A stretch of 56,441 nt of DNA, filler included, from Sluysia triapertura (GCA_046118255.1; 4 parts of 4 records of this genome joined end to end with filler, not necessarily neighbours in it), one strand, 5' to 3'; shown: positions 13,331 through 26,720, numbered from the whole stretch's first letter. Translations and numbers: made by a program. Notes: generated from the sequence alone by a model not told the origin.

Positions 13331-14997
13331 ATTTTAAAACAAATTTATTTTCAAATTTTTTAATGTTTAATATTAATTTTTGAAATATTAACTATAATAT
13401 TATTATTATTTTTAAAATTATCAGATTTCAAATACAATTAAATAATCGTCGAAGGTCAAAAAAAATAAATTATTAAGCCAAAGGTAATATTAATATTATC
13501 GATACATTTTGTTATTATCAATAAAAATCAATTGTAAATGGATCAATAAAATAAATCAATTGTGAATGGTTGATGGTCCACATGATGTTCTACTCAAACA
13601 CTTATAACTTATTAAATGTTATTGTTATTGTAACTAGTTAAAATTAGTAGTAAAGGTATTTAATGTAAACTAATATATGGTTCTGTTAAATTAGAAAACC
13701 TATTAACATAAAATATTTATTAATTGAAAAAGAGTCCACCTGCGACCTAAGACTTATACACTTAAGGGCTTATTCTTAGGACTTCAAGATAATGTAAGAA
13801 ATATAATCTTGGTAATTAATCTCTACATTCAAGTAATTAACAACTAAAATTTTATAATTCTTTAATAATAGACTTTCTTTATGATTTTTAACCTCGTTTT
13901 ATATTTTTATTATAATATATAAAAAACGTGAGTAGAAAATATAAAAATATAATGAGTACAAAAACATAAATTGAGCAAACGTGTAGAACTATAACAATGA
14001 TTCGATGACAGTGGAGTTATACATGTTGTAAAGGTTGAAGTGTGATAACATTAGGGTTATTAAGTTAAAATTTGATTTTTATCGATGATTTAATTCTGTT
14101 GATGTAGTAGTAAAAGTATAACATTGTGTTAGTGTTTTCTTAAACTTATTCACTGCAAATTATCTGAGAAGTCGGTCCGCCTAACATATACTGTTTATAC
14201 CACTATTGGAGACGTACTATTAGGTTTTCTTAATTCTATTAAACTTAACTAACTTTTCACTTAAGATTTATCATTAATATCAATCACTTAGTTACTTATG
14301 TTACAACCCTTTGCTAGGTGTTTAATTAAAATTTTATATTTTACAAATTACGCAACCCGTACTAAGGTGTTGCTTTAGAAAATGAATTTTAAATTAATTA
14401 CTCGAAATAAAACCACTTAACTGCTTAAGGTTTATTAATAACAACGATAAATAAACTTACAGTAAAATAAAAAGTAAAATGACACTACGAGAGGTCAATT
14501 ATAATAATGATAATATTTTAATTACCTACTCAACCTCGGTTGGTAGTTACGTTAAATTAATTTTTCGCAACCCGTGCATGAAATAAAGAGTTTACGTAAG
14601 ATTTTTCACTTCCTATATAATGTGAAGTGGTTATAAACTTAAACAAAATTAATTACTTGGAAATCATGGAAAGTTTATAGAACTGGAAAAGCTGGAACTT
14701 GATTCTTAAATAACTTCTTTAACAATTTATCTAAAATTTTTGTTGTCTTAATATTTTCTTTATCTTAATCCAAAAAAATTTTAGTTTTCAAAAAATAAAT
14801 TTCTGTAAAAAATTAAAATAAATTTACTTTTGTTTCTTATTTTAAATTCTTTTCAAATATTAAAAAAAATTAAAATTTAATATTCTATTTTTAAGTTATT
14901 TTTTAATTTATTTATAATAACGAATAAATAAATTTAACAATAATACAGTTATAAATTCTTTACACTTTACATACGTTACAGTATTAATGTTAATGTC

Positions 14998-15210
14998 AAT
15001 TGGACGTCCAATTCGTAATTGAGTAGCAATGAACATAAAATAAAATTGATTGGACGTCCAATAAGATATACAAAAAGATATAAAGAATATAGAAGGGGTC
15101 TGTCATCATCCAACTAAACAGGATTGATAATTAAAAATTGACAGACAATTTCGATGAAGGTAGCTAGTGACAGTTAAAAATCAATTATTATGCTGTCTAA
15201 ATTGACAGAC
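14998..15210. promoter_or_regulatory. Cluster of two ATTGGACGTCCAAT palindromes and several TGACAG motifs
   Basis: Perfect palindromes at 14998-15013 (16 bp) and 15049-15062 (14 bp), centres 50 bp apart. Four TGACAG/CTGTCA hexamers lie at about 15100-15207. Function is inferred. Confidence 0.4.
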
Positions 15211-15355
15211 TGAATGTAATAAAATACTTGAATAATAATTATTATATTAAAATAAGTATATAAAATAAAGATAATAGTAATAATTATAATAAAATAGTTT
15301 AAAATTGTATATTGACAATAAATTTAATGCATAAATTCTTTGCTTTATTAACATG

Positions 15356-15455
15356 NNNNNNNNNNNNNNNNNNNNNNNNNNNNNNNNNNNNNNNNNNNNT
15401 TAATTAATTAANNNNNNNNNNNNNNNNNNNNNNNNNNNNNNNNNNNNNNNNNNNN
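15356..15455. other. Artificial scaffold linker 44N-TTAATTAATTAA-44N
   Basis: Exactly 100 nt, with a six-frame stop cassette; identical in all three gaps. Confidence 0.97.
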
Positions 15456-15486
<31 letters not shown>

Positions 15487-17301
15487 ACTATGTAAAATCA
15501 ATGAAATGCGAATTAGCTACATCAGTACCAATTTCACTTTATTAGAACATCTTAATAAGCCAATAAGCCACAGTTCTTATGGTAATAAAAATATTTGTTA
15601 CATTTTGTAAGTTTAAAACGTTAAACGGCAATTACGATTTTTATTCATTTTTTGGTAAACTTATGTAGCATATCATACGAAAAAATCGTCGAAATTGCAA
15701 TAACGACTTGACTAATGAAGATGATACAGTTATTATTAAGAGATGTTGTACCTGAAATGTGTGGGAAAACATTAGATGAAATACCTCAGCTTAAAGATAG
15801 TATCAAAAAATGGTTTATTTAGATATTGTCCTGATGTTGCATTTGAAATACATTGAAAAATATTTGATGAAATACCTCAGTATTCAAGTAGTTAAACTTA
15901 ATGACAATTTTAAACCAATGAGATTTAAACCAACTCTATAATTCTACTCAAAATCGATAAGATATTTTTAGTAAGTTTCTTAAGTGTTTTTCCTCATTTT
16001 CGTACTATTGTCTATTAATGTTTTGTGTTTATGTTTGTGATCTTGACCCTATGAATATGAAAATTGACTTTAAGCCTTGCGTTACTTCAATAACCTTAAA
16101 AAATTGCATATAAATTAATTTCAAGCTTCATGAGACCTAAACTCGAGATGGAAGTTGAAATAAACTCTCCTGGTTCTTATCATTTGGCACTGAGATTGAG
16201 ATAAATCTCAGCCAAAAGTTAAAACTGAATTATAATTTAATCAAATCCATGATTAATAACTCGTCTAACGACTCAAAAGGTAATAAAGAGCTTTAACTAA
16301 GTTTAAGATCAATCATGATGATGTACACATTTATAGATTGACGGAATGTTAAGTTACACCAAGCACGTTCTTATGATTATACTATACATTAACAATTATA
16401 AATAACAAAACATTAGATTCCTTTCAAGAGTTTTAGATGAAATAAGTGAATCGCTTTTGCGGTCTAATGGTTAAATTACGTAATGAGACTTGAGGGCGTT
16501 TGAAAGATGTCTATCAATAACATTCTTCATAGCATTTGTTAAAGTTTTATGTGAATTTAAATTTTCTGTTATAAACATTGTTAAATTGTTTCAAATAGTG
16601 CTTAAGGTACTTTAAAACTAAAAGAACTGACTTAAAGTCAGTAGTCATTTCGAAATAGTACTTTATCATCTCTTTTACGCCTAAGTCCAAATCAAAATAT
16701 AACTAATATTTTTAATATTCAATTTTTATAAAAAAATTAGTCCAAACTTTTTTTTACCATAAAATTTAATACATGAAAAAAAATTTTAAAACCTTTTTAA
16801 ATATAGTATTTTTTTATTCAAATTTACTTCGTGGCACTTCTTACGTAATATCGATTTAGCGTTATGATAACAGGAAACATCATAATTAGAAGAGTGAAAT
16901 CGTCGTGAACATGCAATAAAAAATATTTGTCACAATATTCACAAGTCGGTGCATGAACTGAACCAACAACAGCAGAGTTACCAAATTTTCTGTGAAGTTT
17001 TTTGTATTCAATCGAATGCGTCTTGTATGCGTTTTTAGTCTTTGCAATATATTAAGTTTACATTGAAACGATATTTGAACAAAATGTTTTAAAGTATATA
17101 TTTTGTAGAGGAGTTTCCACGGTTGAAGTTCCTTTAGCGGATTTTATTTTTATGAATTATTAAACTTCTGGATGATGATCTAAATGCTTCTTTGCAAATA
17201 AGTCAAATTTAGAATTCTTCAACATCCGAGTTAGAATAAATTTTATCAACGTTTTTCGTTACAATTTTTCGTCCTACAGTTTCCATACCACACTTAACAT
17301 G

Positions 17302-17514
17302 TTACAGTGGAGTATCTATGTCATGTGCGTTATGACTACTATGAATAATTCCAGTTATGTTACTTGAATTAAACTCAGTTTTATCTAGACCAGCTCGTAG
17401 TCGTAGATACTTCAATCTTCTAAATAAAGTATATGGGCGCATATCACAACTGGCCCGTTCATCTTGCCAAGTTGTAGTTGAACCATCGCCACCATAAACT
17501 TCACCATTAGTCAT
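17302..17514 (-). other. Coding-like fragment of unknown family, abutting a transposon end
   Basis: ORF with protein-like composition (GEVYGGDGSTTTWQDERASCDMRPYTLFRRLKYLRLRAG). Family not recognised; the frame runs into stops. Confidence 0.3.
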
Positions 17515-17530
17515 ATAGCTCCATTATTAT

Positions 17531-17935
17531 TACACTGTGTACAGCTGTTTATTTTAAAACGATTTCTATAGTTTTTTGGAAGTTAGGACTAGTTTGTTTT
17601 AAAAGAAAGATTTAGATTTAACCGACAAGTGTAATTTCTTCTTGTATGTCATTTTATGTTATCTTCGCTTCTATTCATTTCCTTCTGCAAATAAAAATGA
17701 CTTTGTTTCGTGATCTTATTGATCTTTGTTCAGCGTGCGCTTATGGACCCTCATTCTTAAAAATGCAGCGATGGACTTTAGATTTAAACGAACGTATCTT
17801 CGTTATTAAAAATTACTATGCAAGGAGTAGCTACATGCATGTTGAAGAAAGATGGGAAGCAAACTTCAAAACACCTGCCAACGATCTGTTGAAAATTATT
17901 TATAATTTGTGGTGCATAGTTTGGCGCAATTGAAA
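17531..17935 (+). mobile_element. Tc1/mariner-superfamily remnant (DUF4817-type HTH, transposase N-terminus)
   Basis: MQRWTLDLNERIFVIKNYYARSSYMHVEERWEANFKTPA resembles the DUF4817 HTH. A TACACTGTGT terminus-like sequence lies at 17531. Confidence 0.6.
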
Positions 17936-20584
17936 AAAGAAATTGATAAAAATGAGAGCAACAATGTATTTAATAATTATTTAATCGAATTTATATTTTA
18001 AACTAGGGAATTTAAAAATTTATTTAATCGAATTTTCCATTTCTTTATTGTATAAAAGTTTTTATTTCTTATAATTATTTTTGTGAAATATAGGTTGTTT
18101 TTTGTAATTTTAATTTAACACTTGAAGGAAGGTTAACTCATCTAGTCGTACCCTTCTCTTACTAGTGCATTAATCAAATCTTCATTTTTTTTATTTGAGC
18201 CTAATAGTCTCATGATAATGTCGTGATCTTGCAGGTATGCAAATCAGGTAAATAAGTCAGCTGACTCATAAACAAACTACTGAGCCCTTCAACTTGAATA
18301 TTCTGAATGTTGAATATATGTAAACCAGTGGGGCATAACTTTTGTTATATTCGGTAATAAATATCAAACATGCATAAATCTGCAATTCCAGAGTGAGTCA
18401 TTTTTTATACAGCGATTTATTGCAACACTTTTTATAAATATATTTTAATCCAGGATAATGTAGTTATGATTAACTTTTATTACTTATAACACTTAAAATT
18501 GTAAAAATTTTTATCGAGAGTCAGTATTAATATTATAATTATCTTATCAATAATTTATGAAATTATATAGAACACAATTATTCAGAATTGCTTAAATCTT
18601 ATTTTAACTACATTATTAAATTAATAAATCCATTATTTTATTATTTTTCTCTTTAATACATACATTTTATATTAGTGACATTATTTTCAATGAAAATTAA
18701 GTTGCAAGATTCACCAACTAATAATAACTAATAATGAATGTATATTCAAAATCATAAGCATCGATAATAAAGAAAAAATCATAAACGTGCGCCAGTGATT
18801 TGACATTCAACATTTAAATTTGACATTTACAATTTTCGTTAAATTTAAGTTAATTTAAAATAAAATAATGCTACTTTAATGAAGTTTAAATTTAATTGAA
18901 CATTTATATTTAATGTTTTCAAAATATCTAGAATATTGTCTGAATTAATTGTATATTTATTAATTTATGAAGCATGATTCAACTGAAATATCTGGTGATG
19001 TATAAATACAATAAAATTTATTTTATTAAACTAAGATAATACTTTAAAATTAATTTACCATTGTGAATGATCAGTTATTCGTAAACTTTGTAAGAATCTA
19101 AATTTCTATAAAAACTTAAATAAGATCGAATGACTTACAATCCTTAATTTATGTTATGGTTATAAAATCGTGAGATATTTATCTCAACTCTGTTGTTAGA
19201 GGTGAAAATGCGAAGTTCTTATAAATTATAAATTTTTTCAGTCTCTATTTAGTATTTTATTCTTAAAATATGCAAGTAAATTTCATTTGAAGCCACACGT
19301 AATTTATAAAAACAATATTTTAAGATTAATTTAATTTATTATTTTATACATTTTATTAGATCTTCGGTTTTAAGAAGTTAAAAATGTCTTTCAAAGATTC
19401 AGCAATAAAACCAAATATTTAATAATAAAATCCTTATGTTAATCAAATCTTCAGCAAAATATTCTAATTGGTAAGCAAATTTTTTTTACCAAGACTCCAA
19501 TAAATCTGTGTGAAAGTAAACGTTTTAACTTCTGCGTTTTTTACATTATTTTTTATTGACATTTTACTAGGCCAAAAATTTTCAATTCCATTCTACAATA
19601 ATTTTCTATAATTAATTTTACTGTATGGCCAATTTTACAACATAATTAATATATATATTTTTTTATTATGCAGCCTATTTCTTCTAAAGAATAGTTAATT
19701 TTATTCTATATTATAACCTTGGCCATGTAATCCTACGATGTTTCTGTTCAATTTGGATAATTAAGTATGATATGTTCTATTTTTTATTATTCTATTTTTG
19801 TTTTCTTTTATTTTCTTCTAAGTTTAAGTGCATTTTTGAAATGCTTTTCCCACTTTCAGATTTTTAAGCTTTCCTTGAGAGTATTAGAGCTCTTGATTCA
19901 ATTTATGAATATTATTTATTTTATAATTATTTAAATTATTTTATTTACATAAATTCTAATTATACTCATTAATCAATGCTTCCGCAATACTTTCAAGAAT
20001 TCCCTTATTTGGAAGTTATAAGAAAAATTTCACTTATCTCAATGAAAAATTACAATTAATAATAAAATTTAACGTATAAAAATTCTATTAAGAATAGCGT
20101 CATTAAAAGTTGGTATTCCAAATAGAAAAAATGTTCAAGTATTGTTTGGAGTAGAATACTTTAATTTATTCCTGCTTGATAGGAGTTTATAATTTCAATT
20201 TACAACATGCCTTTAGTATCTTTGTTTCATAAATGATTTAATAAAACTGACGCAGGGATCAAAAGATGGTTATTAAGTTTGCAGAATTATTCATTTTAAA
20301 TTAAGCATATATTTGGTAGTAATTGTAAGTAACCTGTCAAGATTCTCAATTTCATTAAACTTAAAATCAAAGTGAAAATTAATGCGGAATTAACAGAATT
20401 AAAGGCTTCGGTTTTGCAGAATTAACAAAATATCAAAATAAATCTCCCAGATTTAGTAATAAAATACGTATTTGAAGTTGTAAGGGAAATATTATTGGAG
20501 GTAGCACGTGAAAGTCTTATTAGTATCACTAAGATGACTGAATTAATAAATTTATTATTGGTAGCCAAAAATGAATCATGATTT

Positions 20585-21074
20585 TAACTGTTTTAATCCA
20601 TTGATCAGTGAGTCAGTTATTTGAACTAATGTCGCCTTTGTCATGAAACTTGAATTAAACAACAATTTTAAGACTTTATAGGACCATCCCCACAGAGTCA
20701 TAGATTCTCGTTCCTGATTTAAATACTTAATCTTTTACTTGAACAATTTATTTTTTCTGGAATCTCGCGAGGTAGAGTAACCGACATTGTAAAGTTTTCC
20801 GAAGTAAAAAATTGAGAATACTTGAAGAAATTAAATATAATGGATAGTAGAAATACTAGACAATACCATAAAATTGTTGGACAAGCTTTTGTTTGAAAAC
20901 TCTGGTATAATGGTGATATTGCACAGATACTATTTGATTTAAAATTTACATGTGTGAAGATGTCTCATTCCTTTTATGTGTTAGTAAACAAAAATTACTC
21001 TGCAGAACAGAACAAATTGTAAGACCACATTAGTTCAAATAACTGACTCACTGATCAATGGATTAAAACAGTTA
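20585..21074. repeat. Perfect 48-bp inverted repeat (20585-20632 / 21027-21074)
   Basis: TAACTGTTTTAATCCATTGATCAGTGAGTCAGTTATTTGAACTAATGT and its exact reverse complement, separated by a 394-bp spacer. Confidence 0.95.
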
Positions 21075-21550
21075 TTGTGAAGAAATTAAAGGAAGTCTTT
21101 ATCATATTTGGCACAAAATTAGAAAGTTCTCTTCTTTTTAAAATATGATTGCTAATTAAATGAGGTTCTTAAAGTTTAACGCTGAAGAATTAGTATAGCA
21201 AAATTATTGGAACCGCATGATTTGTTGACGTTAGAAATTCCGGATAGATTATCAATAATAACTTATTTTCTTACGGTATATAATGTATTATCTAAAATGA
21301 CAAAAAGAAACGAATTTTAAATTCAATTGAAAACATGACAATCTATTCTGATCCGAAAAAGAAAAATTACCGAATAGCAAAACGGAAGTAAAACCAAGTG
21401 AAATGGAAGATGCAGAAAATATTACAAAACAGTCTATTGAATGAAAATGCTCTATTTGTTTTAAACCAGTGCACCTGTTAGAAAAGTTTGCCATATCAGA
21501 TAAATTATACCATCGAAAATGTTATTGCCATAATCAGTTCGATAATTAAA
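20840..21550 (+). pseudogene. MICAL-like (CH + LIM) pseudogene fragment
   Basis: CH-domain pieces WYNG..ILHRY, EQNKL|gtaag and AEEL(frameshift)IAKLLEPHDLLTLEIPDRLSIITY. A LIM half follows: *KCSICFKPVHLLEKFAISDKLYHRKC. Frameshifts, stops and deletions present. Confidence 0.75.
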
Positions 21551-21712
21551 AAATTCGTAATTATACTCTGGAAAGAATTAAACCAAACTGTGGTAATTTT
21601 AATTTAACTAATACACAAACTAGTAATACTGATATTCCGAATAAGACCAAAATTCAAACCACAAATCGCCAATAAATCAAAAACAGTTAAAGTGAATGAC
21701 AAAATTAAATAC

Positions 21713-21713
<1 letters not shown>

Positions 21714-21780
<67 letters not shown>

Positions 21781-21781
21781 T
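21714..21781. repeat. (AAT)n microsatellite
   Basis: Pure run seen directly. Confidence 0.95.
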
Positions 21782-22080
21782 TTGTTATTTATTTTAAGTC
21801 AAAATGGTTAAATGATTAATTATATTAATAAGTAAAATCATTTTGCTACTAAGCTAATTACACACAATCTTTTTCAACTACGCTGATGTGATGAAATTGG
21901 CAAAAATTTGGGTCAATCAAAATCTATCAATGACTGTCAAAAAGATTTACGATAACAATGACCGTTCAATATAAGAAAATTTGGTACAAATTTACAAACC
22001 AAAATATTTTTCAAAAAAATTGAATAAAAATGAATCAAAGATTCTGCGACCATTCCGGATTTTTCCATCGATGGATACCA

Positions 22081-23610
22081 ATAGATCAAGACATTGAATT
22101 ATGTCTCTCAAATAAAGTTAATGAAGATAAAATCAATGAATATATAAATCTATGCTATTCAAGTAAATCAATTAACATCATGTGTGGGAAAATTAAATTA
22201 GAACAAGATATCTGCAAGTGTTCTGTCTTAAGAGAAACCTACTTAGCAAAATCGTTAACGTCTGGAGGAGAGTTCGGCTAATTAGAGATGGTTTATGTCA
22301 CTAGCTGACGACGGTCTAATTAGACTTATAATCAACGTAAAGAAATTAACTGCAAAAGAAAACCTCAAGCGAAATTAACTGATAGCAATATATAATCGGA
22401 TTTTAATTTTATCTAAGGTTAAGACAGCCTTTTACAGTCTGTCAAATGTTCAAATATTTTAGATGTTAAATCAGCCTTTTTACAGTCTGATTATAGTCAA
22501 TAAATGATTTTAATAAAAAACAAAGAAGTCTCAAATATAAGAGTATATTAATTACAACTTATACACACTATATAAGAAAGATAAGATTTTAAATCTTAAG
22601 GTTTCCCTTAGATTGAAATAATTTTAATTATAAGGTTAGGTCAGCCTTTTTACTGTCTGACAATACTTAAAAATATTTTAGAAATCCTATTATTTAAAAT
22701 TATGATATTTGAAACTTATATGAAAAATAATTACTTTTGCATGGATATAGTTATGCCTAGATGTCTTCTTTTGATCCAACGTATATTTGTCTGCTGCTGT
22801 CAACTGCTTTATATTCTCAACTATTTTATGTTCTCAAGTTATGCTAAAAATTTTTGTTATTTATACTAAATTTACTTACCTCCATTTTGTTTCAAATAAT
22901 TAAATAATATACCTCATTAAATCAAATGATTTATTTTATTTATAATAGTTTGTTAAAACAAAATATTTCCTATTATTTGTTTTATTTATAATATAATATT
23001 TAATAATTTTAATAAGTATAATATTAATAATTTTTTAAATCAATAATATAATATTAATATCATAAAAACATGTTATAACAAAATAAATAAAGCATTATTT
23101 TCTACTAAATATTAAAATACTAAAATAAAAAATAAAAATATTAATGTCTAATACAATATTAATGTTTAATACAATAATGTAAAATAATTCTGCAGTGTCA
23201 CTCGTCACGTCACACCAACATATCGAACTACGTCTACCAAATAAAGGTAATGGAGAGCAAGTCAAGGAAGATGTAAAATTATGGAAGTCAATTAAATCAA
23301 TTAACATCACGTACGTCAGTAGTAAAATAGATCAAGAAATCGAACTGTCTCCCAAATAAAGTTAATGAAGATAAAGACAATGAAGATGTAAAGTTATGCG
23401 AGTGAATTAAACTAATCAACGTTATGTTCGATCATAATAAAATAAATCAAGTCATTGAATTATGTCTACTAAGTAAAGTTAATAAAGATAAAGTTAAAGT
23501 TGTAAAGTTATGCAAACCAAGTAAATCAATCAACATCATCTACGGCAAAAATAAAATAAAGCAAGATACCAAACTTCATCTATCACGTAAAGCTATTAAA
23601 GATAAAACCA
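22081..23610 (+). repeat. Degenerate ~117-bp (39-codon) coding-type tandem repeat, interrupted by an insertion
   Basis: Units start near 22081, 22198, 23210, 23327, 23442 and 23556. Consensus peptide resembles IDQDIELCLSNKVNEDK.NEDVKLC..SKSINI..GKNK. Confidence 0.75.
22222..23188 (+). mobile_element. Dispersed repeat family, copy B, inserted in the 117-bp array
   Basis: Homologous to 12505-13330. Flanked by near-direct repeats TCTGCAAGTGT (22211-22221) and TCTGCAGTGT (23189-23198), a possible TSD. Confidence 0.55.
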
Positions 23611-23871
23611 ACGTCAATTTACACTGTCAATCATAAATATCTAAACACATGTAATACATATATTAAACACAATTCATATCTAAGATTCTAAAAATATTTA
23701 TGAAAATTCTAAAAATAAAGATAATTAATCAATAATTATATGATTGGTATTATTATTATTGGTATTATTATTTTTTTATTTTTATTTATTATTATCAGTG
23801 TTATTAAAATCATTATCGATATTATTATTCAATTCTAAAATTTAGTACTTTTAATTCCTTTCTTTTGACAC

Positions 23872-24124
23872 TGTGAAAGGTTACTTATATATAACTGAAA
23901 AACACAAGACATTCACACAATTTTATTTGACAAAATGTATTACGCGAGTTACAATACATTTATAATTCATTCGTTCAAGTTTTTTGGAAACACCAGTCAA
24001 TTCACGCAATTCAAATTTACGTTTATTCATAATTCATTTGCTATCCCGATCAGATCTTGTTTCTTCAATAATCATTTTGTAATGTAATTTTTTATTCGAT
24101 TTTAATTGATAGTAACCTTCTACA
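23872..24124 (-). mobile_element. Solo-LTR-like element
   Basis: TGTGAAAGGTTACT ... AGTAACCTTCTACA (12/14 inverted termini, TG...CA), with AATAAA on the minus strand. No TSD seen. Confidence 0.45.
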
Positions 24125-24919
24125 TAATTTATTTGTAATTGTCTTTTAGCCCCCTTTTTAAGAGGAGTGGAAATATTTTACAAATTAACTATAAAAGATT
24201 ATATATTAATCTTTAACTTTTTATTTTGCTTTGTTATTATATATTTTGTAAATTTAACATTTGTAATAATATACCTTCTTAAGAATTTGTTTAACTTTTA
24301 TTTATTTTACTGCCTAAAATAAGGTCGCCGATTTTAATCGGACGTAAACTACAAGAAAATTATAATTAAAGAAATAATTTATAGTTAAGATCCACCGTTT
24401 ATGATACACGGTTGAAAACTACGACTCAAAATAACATTTTTTGATTTGAATTTATAATTCAGACATCATGAAGTTTAAAATAGTCGTGATTTGAGCATTT
24501 TGTAATTAAACTTTTAAAAAGCCCTTAAGTGAGTAAATCTAAGATTGTAAGGGATTCACAGCATAAGAAAATAAAGTAGTTTAAGCAAAGACTTAATTTA
24601 TAATAAAACATTAGCAACACCAACCAAATGATAAAATTGATAAAAATGCCAAAATCCGATCCAGTCATTAAAGTTAGCAACTTTTGTGACACCATACCGC
24701 AGCAGATTATTGAGAAAATTAAGGTAATAAGTACTAACTCACATTAACTCCTTCATGTGATTCATGTTCTCTAAATTTTTATTTATATAAAACTTTAACG
24801 TCTTATTCTTATTTTTCTTGGTTCATCCTGATTTATCGGGTACTAAGAAATCAACTGTTTTATATCAATTAAACTCAGGAAAATTAATCATGAGAGCGAC
24901 CAAATAACAATATTCGACA

Positions 24920-25367
24920 TATTGAGTTGGTGCATAAATTCGTGCAGTTTTATTTGTTGCAAAGAAAACACACCAACTTCTTATTTTAACTTATTTGAGT
25001 TATATTCATTCCGCTAAACTATCTATTATCTAACTTTCACTTTAATTACCTTCATTAAAATGGAGTTTCAGGTAGATAAAAATGAACATTTCCGACATCT
25101 ACTTCTTTTCTATTTCCGCTATCTTTCTGGTCTCACATTTGAAAACTAAGAAGCAATAACATGGATTGAAGAATTTTTCGACCAAAAACCACCAAGCTCT
25201 TCCAACGTGGAAAGGAAGTGATCGATTGTGGCGGAGATATTTGTTTTTTTCTATTGATTTAATAAATTCATTTTGTTATCTGGAATTTTTTGCATGATCA
25301 GTGAGCATTTTTCGTAATTTAAAAAAAACCGCCGATAAAGTCGTTTATAGAAGATACCAACCAATTA
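24920..25367 (+). mobile_element. Internally deleted mariner element
   Basis: Left end TA-TTGAGTTGGTGCATAA, right end CCAACCAATTA. The N-terminus MEFQVDKNEHFRHLLLFYFR is fused to C-terminal pieces TWIEEFFDQKPPS and WKEVIDCGG. Confidence 0.8.
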
Positions 25368-26339
25368 TCCACCCCATTCTTTTCGCTAATAGAAGACATT
25401 TATTTACAAATCCATAAATTTTTCTTCAATTATCGTACTTTTTATGTTTATTACTAGATATCTCAATTCTAAAATAAGAGTTATCCGAGGTAAAGCGCTG
25501 AGATAGGTTGACCATTTCGACATGAACTAAGGGAAATTTTAATTAATGAAGGGAAATACAATATTTTGTCACCATCGATCCATCTGATAATGAATTACAT
25601 TTTGCTGACGAGAATAACAAATATAATTCCTGCAGGAACATCCACAAAAAATCCTGCAAATAATTTATTGTCATTCAATAACACACAATTGAACCACAAT
25701 ATCTAAGAACACTGAAAAAACCAAAAGCAACATATTTGAATAAGGATATAACTCCTTGCAGTTATCCTATGCAATTGATAAAAATATTAAGCATAGCCAT
25801 AAGATTACAATTTATCTGGATCATAGTTTATGTAATATCAATTTGACAATGGCCCAATCCAAAAAAGATTCGCAGTGAAGATAAGAAAAATAATAAACAA
25901 TCCAATGTCCTTCATGATTCTAGGAAATCCTATTGTAGATAAATTCTACCTTTGGCAAAATATCAAAGTTAATGCAATTCTGGTTCACTTTTCCCATTTT
26001 CAGTCCAGTTACAAATAAATCATCTGCATAATACATAAATGCTTTATTAAATAATCCATAATCACATAATTAAGATGTGTCCGATGTATGCTATAAGACA
26101 ATAAAGAAACCATTCGGATTTGATTCGGTAATAAAATTTATTTTCAATTTTTCTGATATAACACGTGCATTTTCTTCGAAGCTTTCATAATCTGATAATT
26201 CAATAATTAAACGTATAATTCCATCGCAATTATCAGCCATTATGGTTTATTTTGATTGCTGTACATTTAATATGTAATATGAATTACGTATTTCACAAAC
26301 GCCAAATTTATCAAGTTATAATAAATGATTTGGTACGAG

Positions 26340-26720
26340 TATAAGACTAACTCTCTATTTATGTGATATTGTGATATTGTTTAAATATATTTTATATGAG
26401 TTTTGGATGATCTGTCGGATAAGTTTATTAAACTCATTGGGTATTGTAAAGTGTGAATTTTCTTCTGCGAGAAATATTTGGGTTTATAGAAAAGTATGGA
26501 TCTGAAATGGATTCAATGAGCCTTGTTGTACTCAAGGCTTTAATGTGGTATTCATATGAATTGTTTGAGTTTGTGGATAATTTATGGGTGAATTTGTCTA
26601 ATATGATGTTTATGTGATTTAAGGTTTATAATGCTTGATTGTGAAGGTTTTAAGATGTAGAATGTAAGAAAGTTTGTGAAATGTTTAAGGATTACGTGAT
26701 TTAAAGTTGGAATTTTGTTG
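26340..26720 (+). repeat. TG-skewed decayed-ORF repeat, copy homologous to 35570-36000 (-)
   Basis: LDCEGFKM*NVRKFVKCLRIT*FKVGILL aligns without gaps to FDCEGFEVYHVTNTMKWLRNI*FKLGILL in the other copy. Confidence 0.6.

Noticed and set aside
15400-15411. TTAATTAATTAA islands inside N runs (also 28141-28152 and 43444-43455) as a biological repeat
   Set aside because: Identical 100-nt cassette with stops in all six frames; an assembly linker.
16626-16642. Isolated palindrome ACTGACTT-A-AAGTCAGT (and hairpin GAGGCAGA/TCTGCCTC near 46002)
   Set aside because: Single occurrences without supporting context; plausible by chance in 56 kb.
22081-23610. CRISPR-like array
   Set aside because: Units are homologous along their whole length with no unique spacers, the context is eukaryotic, and no cas genes are present.
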